This document shows positions 38,500 through 47,600 of a stretch of 64,000 bases of DNA, piece after piece. The notes beneath the pieces were generated by a model. It did not search any database. It had not been told where the DNA came from and saw only the letters and a program-made list of their open reading frames with translations. Position numbers and translations under genes: made by a program. How positions within the stretch are numbered: position 1 is the first letter of the stretch; every line of letters begins with the position of its first letter. The DNA comes from Candidatus Thorarchaeota archaeon (lineage in GTDB: Archaea > Asgardarchaeota > Thorarchaeia > Thorarchaeales > Thorarchaeaceae), in contig JBHLRP010000001.1 of NCBI GenBank assembly GCA_048882485.1, positions 128,001-192,000 of the forward strand, in the 5' to 3' direction.

Positions 38500-39477
38500 T
38501 TGAAGCTTGTCGAAGTGAAGAATGTTAAGAAGTACTTCCCTGTTCAGAAAAGCTTCATAGATCAGATCATATCAAAAGAGCAGACCTATGTAAGAGCTGT
38601 GGATGACATTTCCTTCTATGTGAAGAAAGGTGAAGTTCTTGGCCTTGCAGGGGAGAGCGGCTCAGGTAAGACCACCATGGGTAGACTCTGTGTAAGACTC
38701 ATTGAGCCAACTGAAGGTCAGATTTTGTTTGATGGGAAGGATATCGCACACCTGAAAGGCAAAGAGCTTATGTTAATGAAGAGACGATTTCAATTTACCT
38801 TCCAAGATCCTACATCATCACTCAATCCGCGGCTTTCAATTGGAGAGGCAATAGGTGATGCTCTCAGACTGCAACGGATAGGAAACAGGGATGAACAAGC
38901 ATTCAGGTCTCGTGAAGTTCTGGAAAGAGTCGGGCTTTCCCCTGCTGATTCGTTTTACGACAGGCTGCCCCATCAGCTTAGTGGGGGTCAGAAACAAAGA
39001 GTAGTATTTGGGAGAGCGATAATTCTCAACCCCGAGTTCATCGTGACCGATGAGCCAGTAGCCATGGTAGATGTTTCAATCAAGGCCCAGATTCTTGAAC
39101 TGATGATGGATCTCAAGAGAGAGCTGAATCTAACGTATCTGTTCATCTCCCATGACTTGGCTACTTCGCGATATGTCTGCGATTATATCGCAATTATGTA
39201 CCTTGGCAAACTAATCGAGATTGCTGATAAAGACCAAATCTATGAGGACCCGCTTCATCCGTACAGTCAAGGACTAATGAGTGCAATACCTATTCCTGAT
39301 CCAAAGGCTCAGAAAGCAGCTCCAATTCCGAAGGGTGAGATCCCGAGTCCAATAGATCCACCTTCAGGATGCCGTTTTCATCCTCGGTGCCCAAAGGCCT
39401 TTGATAGGTGCCCCAAGGAAGAACCCGAGTTGAAATCTGTTGGAAATGGAAGGGTTGTAGCCTGTCATTTGTACTGA
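38500..39477 (+). CDS. dppF: Peptide ABC transporter ATP-binding protein
   Basis: GESGSGKTT, PHQLSGGQKQR, PPSGCRFHPRCP and VACHLY motifs. Confidence 0.93.
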   Translation: MKLVEVKNVKKYFPVQKSFIDQIISKEQTYVRAVDDISFYVKKGEVLGLAGESGSGKTTMGRLCVRLIEPTEGQILFDGKDIAHLKGKELMLMKRRFQFTFQDPTSSLNPRLSIGEAIGDALRLQRIGNRDEQAFRSREVLERVGLSPADSFYDRLPHQLSGGQKQRVVFGRAIILNPEFIVTDEPVAMVDVSIKAQILELMMDLKRELNLTYLFISHDLATSRYVCDYIAIMYLGKLIEIADKDQIYEDPLHPYSQGLMSAIPIPDPKAQKAAPIPKGEIPSPIDPPSGCRFHPRCPKAFDRCPKEEPELKSVGNGRVVACHLY

Positions 39478-39499
39478 CAGAACTCCGTCCTTAACCCCA

Positions 39500-42217
39500 C
39501 TAAAGCTCTCCGCGGCTCTTCTTAATGGCGGCTTGTGCGGCAGCAAGTCTTGCAAGTGGCAACCTGTAAGGAGAACAAGACACATAGTCTAATCCAATCT
39601 TGTAGAAGAACTCGACTGAGCGTGGGTCTCCACCATGTTCACCACAGACTCCAATCTTCATTCCTGGTCTTGTCTGTCTTCCCCTATCAATGGCAATCTC
39701 CATCAGCTGACCAATGCCTCGCTTGTCGATGCTTTGGAAGGGATCATTCCTTAGAATATGATCCTCGAGATAAGTAGGGAGAAATGTGCCGATGTCATCG
39801 CGACTGAATCCAAAGCCCATCTGCGACAGGTCATTCGTGCCAAATGAGAAGAACTCGGCGCTCTGGGCCATATCACCAGCTCTCATGCAGGCACGAGGAA
39901 TTTCGATCATAGTGCCGTAGAGGAAATCAATCTCAAGGCCTGTTTCTTCTTTGAACTTCTTGTAGAGGTCATCGACTCGCATCCTCATGTACTTGAGTTC
40001 AGCAGCTCCAATGGTGACAGGTATCATGAGTTCCAGCTTGACTTTCTTGCCTTCTCTTATCAGCTCTGCAGCGGCATCGAATATAGCACGCACCTGCATT
40101 TCATATACTTCAGGGTATATGATTCCTAGGCGCACGCCCCTCAAACCCATCATGGGATTAGCTTCATGAAGGGAATCCCCTCGAGTGCGTACATCCTCCA
40201 TAGCAATCCCTAACGCATGAGCAAGTCTCTCTTGACCAATCCTACTCTGTGGCACAAATTCGTGCAGCGGTGGGTCTAGCAGGCGAATTGTTACCGGCAA
40301 TCCGTCCATGACCTCTAAAGTTGCTTTAATGTCACGCTTTACGTATGGTGATAACTCTGTGAGAGCGGCTCTTCTTTCGGCATTGGTTTTGCTGATGATC
40401 ATTTTTCTAAGGAGGAAGAGCGGCTCGTCTGAACCTTCCCCGTAGAACATGTGCTCGCTCCTCAAAAGGCCTATTCCTTCAGCACCAAACTCCAGTGCTA
40501 TTCTAGCATCTTCAGGATTGTCTGCGTTTGCTCTTACACCCATCTGCCTGAACCCATCCACCATATCCATGAATTCCTGTAGACGTGGATTCTTGCTCGA
40601 ATCCATCATGGGTAGTTCGCCCTCATAGATGAATCCCCTTGTACCATTCAAGGTCATGACATCTCCCTGCTGGTAGATTTTTCCATTGACAGTCATGCTC
40701 TTATCAAAGGGATCTATCTCAAGAGCAGAAGCTCCCACTATGCATGTCTTACCCCAGCCCCGCGTGACCAGTGCCGCGTGACTTGTCATGCCTCCCCGTC
40801 CAGTAAGGACCCCGATGGCTGCGCGCATTCCTTCAATATCTTCAGGGCTTGTTTCTTCTCTTACAAGGATGACACTTTTGCCCTGATTAGCCCATTCCAC
40901 TGCATCCTCTTGGGTAAAGACAATTTGCCCAACTGCTCCTCCAGGACCTGCGGGAAGTCCCTGTGCAATTGGAGTCTTCTTCTTCTCTTCCTCCGGATCA
41001 AGAATTGGATATAGAAGCTGACTCAGCTGTTCGGGAGTAATCCGCATGACAGCGGTTGGTTTGTTAATCATTCCCTCTTCCAACATGTCCATGGCAATGT
41101 TTAAGGCCGCAGTCGCTGTTCTCTTCCCAACTCTATGCTGGACTAGGAATAATCGACCTTGCTCAATTGTGAATTCGAGGTCTAGCATGTCCCTCGAATC
41201 ATCTTCAAGAGTCTGTCTAATGCTAACAAGCTCCTCGTATAATTCAGGCATTTCTGCCTGTAGCGTCGGCAGGTCCTTGTTCTGATCATTCTTGCTTTCG
41301 TCATTCATTGGATTGGGAGTTCGGATTCCTGCTACGACATCCTCTCCTTGCGCGTTGAACAGACACTCACCATAGAACTTGTCTTCACCTGTAGCAGGAT
41401 CTCTTGTGAATGCTACACCAGTAGCTGAATCTTCCCCAAGGTTGCCAAACACCATGCTCTGGACGGTGCATGCAGTGCCCCACTCATCAGGTATGCCTTC
41501 TATTCTTCTATACGCAACGGCACGATTTCCCCACCAGCTCTTGAACACTCCACCTACAGCTCCCCAGAGCTGTTCATATGGGTCATCTGGAAACTCTCTC
41601 CCAAGGGTATGTTTCACTCTTTCTTTAAACTCCCTAATCAAGTCCTTTAGATCCTCAACCGTGAGATCTGTATCACTTATCCGACCGGCTTCTCGCTTCT
41701 TCTTATTCATAATCCATTCAAGCTGCTGTCTAATTCCTTGCCCTTCTTGGGGCTCAACCCCTTCAGCCTTCTCCATTACGACATCAGCATACATCATGAT
41801 GAGTCGACGATAGGAGTCATAGGCGAATCTCTCATCGCCTGACGCTTTGATTAGACCTGGGAGTGTCTTTGTCGTGAGGCCTACATTGAGGACTGTGTCC
41901 ATCATTCCTGGCATTGATTGCCTCGCACCTGAGCGACATGAAACAAGTAGTGGATTGTCCGGATCACCGAATTTCTTTCCCAGAATCTTCTCTACCCAAG
42001 CGAGTGCTTCTTTTGATTCCTCTTTCACTGAATCCGACAGGCCACCAGTTGAAAGGTACTCATTGCAGACATCAGTAGCAATAGTGAAACCGGGCGGCAC
42101 TGGCAAGCCTAGTAGTGTGGCTCCAGCAAGGGATGCACCCTTACCACCAAGCGAATTTTTCATGTCGGCTTTACCATCAGCTTTCCCAGCACCAAATTTG
42201 TAAACGCGCTTTCCCAA
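39500..42217 (-). CDS. ppdK: Pyruvate, phosphate dikinase
   Basis: LGGKG, SMPGMMDTVLN, QGEDVVAGIRTP, phospho-His motif GGMTSHAA, SFGTNDL and CGEHGGDP. Confidence 0.97.
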   Translation of the reverse strand: MGKRVYKFGAGKADGKADMKNSLGGKGASLAGATLLGLPVPPGFTIATDVCNEYLSTGGLSDSVKEESKEALAWVEKILGKKFGDPDNPLLVSCRSGARQSMPGMMDTVLNVGLTTKTLPGLIKASGDERFAYDSYRRLIMMYADVVMEKAEGVEPQEGQGIRQQLEWIMNKKKREAGRISDTDLTVEDLKDLIREFKERVKHTLGREFPDDPYEQLWGAVGGVFKSWWGNRAVAYRRIEGIPDEWGTACTVQSMVFGNLGEDSATGVAFTRDPATGEDKFYGECLFNAQGEDVVAGIRTPNPMNDESKNDQNKDLPTLQAEMPELYEELVSIRQTLEDDSRDMLDLEFTIEQGRLFLVQHRVGKRTATAALNIAMDMLEEGMINKPTAVMRITPEQLSQLLYPILDPEEEKKKTPIAQGLPAGPGGAVGQIVFTQEDAVEWANQGKSVILVREETSPEDIEGMRAAIGVLTGRGGMTSHAALVTRGWGKTCIVGASALEIDPFDKSMTVNGKIYQQGDVMTLNGTRGFIYEGELPMMDSSKNPRLQEFMDMVDGFRQMGVRANADNPEDARIALEFGAEGIGLLRSEHMFYGEGSDEPLFLLRKMIISKTNAERRAALTELSPYVKRDIKATLEVMDGLPVTIRLLDPPLHEFVPQSRIGQERLAHALGIAMEDVRTRGDSLHEANPMMGLRGVRLGIIYPEVYEMQVRAIFDAAAELIREGKKVKLELMIPVTIGAAELKYMRMRVDDLYKKFKEETGLEIDFLYGTMIEIPRACMRAGDMAQSAEFFSFGTNDLSQMGFGFSRDDIGTFLPTYLEDHILRNDPFQSIDKRGIGQLMEIAIDRGRQTRPGMKIGVCGEHGGDPRSVEFFYKIGLDYVSCSPYRLPLARLAAAQAAIKKSRGEL

Positions 42218-42458
42218 TGTTTCTACCTTCTCTCAATTCAATATCAATACTCAATCATTAGCGCCCCAAGTGTTGCTCATTGTAGGGGGACATCATTATG
42301 AAACTCAAATGATCCCTGTTCATCTTGTTTGAGTTATCGATAGTTGGGTGCTTCAGCTGTTTTTAATGTGTTCCTCTGGCAAACGAAAATGATTCGATTC
42401 CGAAAGGCTTTTGCACAGCCTCGGCTCGCTATGTAAACGTCAAGATGAGGCCATTAAG

Positions 42459-43925
42459 ATGATTGATCTCACCAAGAATGAAGAGCAACTGAAGCGAACC
42501 ATCGAACGCTGTAGGGAACGGAATATCGTTATACCAACCTTTGAGCAAATGAAAAACCCTTCCAAGACTCCTGAAAGAATCAAGAAGGAGCTGAAAGATA
42601 TTGAACTCTGGGATGTGGTTCCTCAAAACTTGTTCAGAATTACTTGGAAGAACGAGCCCACGGAGAAGGGAGGTCTCTTTCAATTAATCACAAATTACTT
42701 GGAGATCCCACCCAAACTGACTGGAGTTGAGGCTCGAATCATCGCTCCAATAGGCAAGTGGTTTCCAACAGGCGCTCACAAAGTTGGGGCGGCATTCGGC
42801 TGTCTTGTTCCCCCACTTGTGACAGGACAGTTCGATCCAACAAAACACAAAGCTGTATGGCCTTCCACGGGCAATTACTGCAGAGGCGGTGCCTACGATT
42901 CTTCTCTTCTTGCGTGTGAGAGCGTGGCAATACTACCTGAGGAGATGTCACAAGAGCGATTTGATTGGCTGGCTAGTGTTGCGGGTGAGGTCATCAAGAC
43001 ACCGGGCTCAGAGAGTAATGTGAAAGAAATCTACGACAAGGTCTGGGAGCTTCGGAGGACAAGGAATGATGTTTTCATCTTCAACCAGTTCTCTGAGTTT
43101 GGCAATTATCTCTGGCACTATGAGGTTACAGGTAACATGTTCAAAGAGGTTCTTGACAAGGAGCTTGGTAAAGGCCGCTATCATGGTCTCTGCCTTACAA
43201 CCGGCTCCGCTGGTACCATAGCTAGCGGTGACTTGATGAAACAGCAGTACCCAACCTCAAAGGTTGCCGCTGGCGAGGCAGTTCAATGTCCGACACTTTG
43301 GATTAACGGTTATGGGGCTCATAGAATCGAAGGGATTGGTGACAAGCACGTCCCATGGATTCACAATTTGCGCAATACTGACATGATAATCGCAATTGAT
43401 GACAACGATCCAATGAATCTAATACGTTTCTTCAATGAGCCTGCTGGACGCGAGTATCTCATCAAGGATATCGGAATATCTGAAACCCTTGTCAACCAGC
43501 TTGATCTCCTTGGTATCTCTAGTGTGGCAAATTTGCTAATGGCTATCAAGTATGCCAAGTTCTATGAATTGACAAGCAGAGATATTGTCCTTACAGTCTT
43601 CACTGATTCCATCGATATGTATCAATCAAGGCTTGAGGAGGCACGGGCTGAACATGGTGAATATACTCGTGAAGACGCGATTCGGGACTATCACCGCCAT
43701 CTCATGGCGCAAAAGACTGATGCCATGATTGAGCTGGGTCATTATGAGAGAAAGCGTGTCCATCATCTCAAGTATTTCACTTGGATTGAGCAACAGATGT
43801 TTGACTTGGACGAGCTGAATGCCCAATGGTTTGATTATCCCGAATACTGGGAGCGTGTCCAACAGACGACGCCAAGAATAGATGAACTCATAGTAGAATT
43901 CAATGAGGAAGTAGGACTGATTTAG
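42459..43925 (+). CDS. PLP-dependent enzyme, fold type II (cysteine synthase/TrpB-like)
   Basis: FPTGAHKVGA (PLP Lys), PSTGNY, GSAGT and HRIEGIG motifs. Start placed at ATG 42459; the track gives TTG 42411. Confidence 0.82.
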   Translation: MIDLTKNEEQLKRTIERCRERNIVIPTFEQMKNPSKTPERIKKELKDIELWDVVPQNLFRITWKNEPTEKGGLFQLITNYLEIPPKLTGVEARIIAPIGKWFPTGAHKVGAAFGCLVPPLVTGQFDPTKHKAVWPSTGNYCRGGAYDSSLLACESVAILPEEMSQERFDWLASVAGEVIKTPGSESNVKEIYDKVWELRRTRNDVFIFNQFSEFGNYLWHYEVTGNMFKEVLDKELGKGRYHGLCLTTGSAGTIASGDLMKQQYPTSKVAAGEAVQCPTLWINGYGAHRIEGIGDKHVPWIHNLRNTDMIIAIDDNDPMNLIRFFNEPAGREYLIKDIGISETLVNQLDLLGISSVANLLMAIKYAKFYELTSRDIVLTVFTDSIDMYQSRLEEARAEHGEYTREDAIRDYHRHLMAQKTDAMIELGHYERKRVHHLKYFTWIEQQMFDLDELNAQWFDYPEYWERVQQTTPRIDELIVEFNEEVGLI

Positions 43926-43936
43926 TCTGTGGCACC

Positions 43937-44455
43937 TCAAACGATATACAGAAAGGATGAGGTTTCATCGTTTGTCCTAACAGGAGTCCATCCTTTGAAT
44001 CGGAACCGATAGGAGACCACTCGAGTACCCGGTTTGAGTTCTCTTGAGAATTTTTCTTTCAGTTTCTTGTTTACCTCAACTCCCTGGTAAACAGTGACCA
44101 CAGTGGCATCTTCAATATTCGATTTGAAGAAATTCTCTCTGAGGATTTTGGACGTAGGTGCAAGACCTTGCCGTCTAATTGAGATTCGTGACCATAGCAC
44201 TCTCAGCGGATCCATCTCAATTCCCACTGATTTCGCACCAAACTCCTTTGCAGCCATAGTGACGATGCGTCCATCTCCGGAGCCAATGTCATAGACTATG
44301 TCCTGCGGACCAACTTCTGCTAGCTCAAGCATTATCCGTGCCTTCTTCCTTGGTGTTGGAACCCATGGGGCGCCAATAGCTGACGACCACGCGATCCAAA
44401 CCATAAAGCTCGCAAAGATGAACTCCAGAATGATAATTAGCACCCAGATCTCCAT
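43937..44455 (-). CDS. Class I SAM methyltransferase with an N-terminal TM, FAM173/aKMT lysine-methyltransferase-like
   Basis: TM followed by GAPWVPTP, YDIGSGDGRIV and ELKPGTRVVSYRF. Start placed at ATG 44455; the track extends to 44518. Confidence 0.8.
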   Translation of the reverse strand: MEIWVLIIILEFIFASFMVWIAWSSAIGAPWVPTPRKKARIMLELAEVGPQDIVYDIGSGDGRIVTMAAKEFGAKSVGIEMDPLRVLWSRISIRRQGLAPTSKILRENFFKSNIEDATVVTVYQGVEVNKKLKEKFSRELKPGTRVVSYRFRFKGWTPVRTNDETSSFLYIV

Positions 44456-44676
44456 CAGTGACTCATGAAGGCTTGAAGTGAGTTTGGATAAAAATGAACC
44501 GGGCATTAGAACTGTCACCTTCTGCCAACTGGTAAAACCAACCGCGAATGGTCCACTGCTTTAAACAGCATTTGCTGAAATACCTAAGAAGCGAAGTATG
44601 TAGGCCGAAAGATACGCCGTCTCTAGCCAGGGTGCCACTAATTGAGGAGCTCCAACGGTAAGCCTGTTAGAGTATA

Positions 44677-47600
44677 GTGTATGTTGGTCGATTCGGAGGC
44701 GAAAGGGTGCCTCAATGCAGTAGAGTAGCTATTCCCGTAGTGGCATTTACGCTAGTCTGTATGCTATTCTTGAGTCCGCCCTGTCATTTGTCATTTTCAC
44801 GTGACAATTATGCATCGAATCTCAGTTCCAATTATGAACTGGAAAAAGCAAATCTTCCATCTGACATGGCTTTACAATCAGGAGTTCTAAATCCCGTTTC
44901 CATTCATCATACAGGAACCACTCATGGCTACACGCAGGCACAGTCGCTCAGAACAGATGTTGCTGCAAATCCTCAATCAGAAATCCTACTCCCTGCCGGA
45001 GCTCCCGAGAATTATTATTCAGCAGATTGCTATGACGGAGGTTTCTTTTTGGTTGGTTCAGGGGGATATGCAGATTTTGGCTCCACCGCTGGGACGCTAT
45101 CATGGTGGGGCAAATGGGACAGGGATGCTCCGCATGGGCGATTCTGGGGTCAAAACAACAACTTTGAAACACGCTGGTCTGGTGGAAGCCTAGTGCTTGA
45201 TTGGGGGAGTGATAATACATTCTTTGGTGTCAAATCAGACTGGCTGGAAAGTCACTGGTATTTCTTTGCAATAGTATGGGATGAATCGACAAATTTCATT
45301 GGATTCTACTGGGGTGACGAGTCAACAATTCCGCAGGAGGATGCATCGACCTATGCTTGGACGGGATCAGTGGCTGGTCTGCATACCCGAAACGCCATAA
45401 TGAACTCAGAGATGAAGACTGATAGTATAGATGGGCATATTGATGACTTCAGATATTTCACAACTGCTCGATCTATTGATGACATTAGAGGCGACTACAT
45501 ACAAAGGCTGTCGGGAGAAGAGCCCGGCCTTTCGAATTATTACACATTTGAGAATGACTTGTCTGACTCTGCAGGAACAATCGATCTAGACACCTCTGGC
45601 AGCTATTTGTTTAGCCATGACACCTTTTCTGTACCGGATGGATGGAGAGCTGAACAACTGTCGGTTAATGTATTGAATCTAAGAAGACTGTATGTTTTGA
45701 ATGGGAGCTTTGATTCTGGACTGCCTGGAGTGAATGAGGATTGGCCTTTGGGAACAGATGGAACATACTATGCAGCGGGATGGTTAGCTCGACGCGAGGC
45801 TGTTTCTTTTCCAGGAAGACAGCGGGCTACGTATGATGCTTCAGGGCACATAGCACTTGAAAACGAGGGCTACTATGTCACAGCTTCTACAGCCTACAGG
45901 CATTATGATGGAACCAGAATTTACTGGTATCAGAATGTGAACAATAGCATGCTGAATGAGCAATTTGAGTTCGAGTTCAATTATCTTTACCAGAGTGGTC
46001 CAATTGGAACTCATTTCGAAGGCATTTTTGAGCTTCGCTTTGAGATTAGGGATGGACCACTTGTTCTGTGGAATTGGTCACAAGATCTCGTAAACATATC
46101 CCAGAGGCAGACTTGGTATAGTACAGGGATGATTCCGGTGAACCTGACTGGTGCGCCGTCTTCGTTTGAAGCGCGCTTGGTCATGGAAGTCACAACTGCG
46201 GGTTCATATGTGGAGATTCCGGAAACTGACAGCGACTTGGATGGTGATTCCACAAATGGTATGTTCGTAACAGTGTTAGCTGATGATATCTCTTTTATTG
46301 GAGCGACTCGGCCTTCCTGCGAAAGTGTGGACTTGTCTGTAAGTACTCCTCAAACTGGAGGAGTGAGTATAACCGGAGCTTTGGGAACAGGCTCTGCATT
46401 GCTTAATTACCAGTCATGGAATGAATCTGCTATTCCTATTGCTTTCTCTTCCAATTCCTCTGTGTCTTTTGATATATCCGCCAAAGTCAGTAAAATGAAG
46501 AGATATCTGCTCTCATTTGCATCCCCTAGCTTAGGTTCTGAGGGTGTATCATACTCGGTTGAGCATGATGCAAGTCCTAATATCACCATGTTCACTTTTG
46601 TGGGATCATATCCTGAAGCTGAGGATCTTGGCCTTTTTGTCTATCATCCTGATTCATGGGAGAATATTACGATTACAGATCCATTTGGCGATGATGATTC
46701 TGATACATTAACTGTAGGGGCTGGATACTTCGAAGTGCCAGCAGGAGCTATTGATTCTGTTGGCTGGTGGAAAATACAGATGCAAGCGCCAAACTACGCG
46801 AAAGAGATCAGAACTCAGAAATTCAATTCTCTGGGATCTGGATGGGTGGATGAAACAGTCTTTCGAACTGGTGACAGAATCCGATGCCAGGTAGTAATTG
46901 GCACGGTTTCAGATTATCCTCCTTCTGTCATGAATCTTCAATCTGAGATATTACTTCCATCCAACGAGTTTTGGGCAAGCGCATTCATGAATAATGCAAC
47001 TGGATACATCCTTACTAGCGAAAGCTTCACGTTCGGTTCATATAACGCCTCAATCGGCGAATGGATGGCAACTGCCTTCTGGGAGAATGGTAGTGCAATT
47101 GCATTTGGGCACGTTCATTTCGAGGTCTATCATGGATTGACCATGTTTGCTCATACTCCAAATATTGAACGCAATCTAGGTGAGAGCTTTACTGCTGCAG
47201 TTTACATTCATGACCAGCAGACAGGAGAGCCGATATTGAATGGAGACTCTGTAGTTGTTGGCAATTGGTCTACAGGTCCAGCATTCTTTAGTCCCAACCT
47301 TGCAAAAGGATGGTGGGAGGCGGATTTCAACACTTCAGAAATTGGAGTCGGACTTTGGGTTATAGCAATTAATGCGACAATTCCCTACTATGAGGCCGTA
47401 AACTGCACAATCGATATTCAAGTCATGACGCTGACTGTCATGACGACTCTTGGTACCTACTACGCTGAGATAAGTCCAGGCAGCACATATGAGGCCAAAT
47501 TTAGATACATGTTTCTCGATGGCACAGGAATTGAGAATGCAGATGTGTTTGTTGCTACCTGGAGTGGACCAGCATCAGGAATAGAATACAATGATACAGT

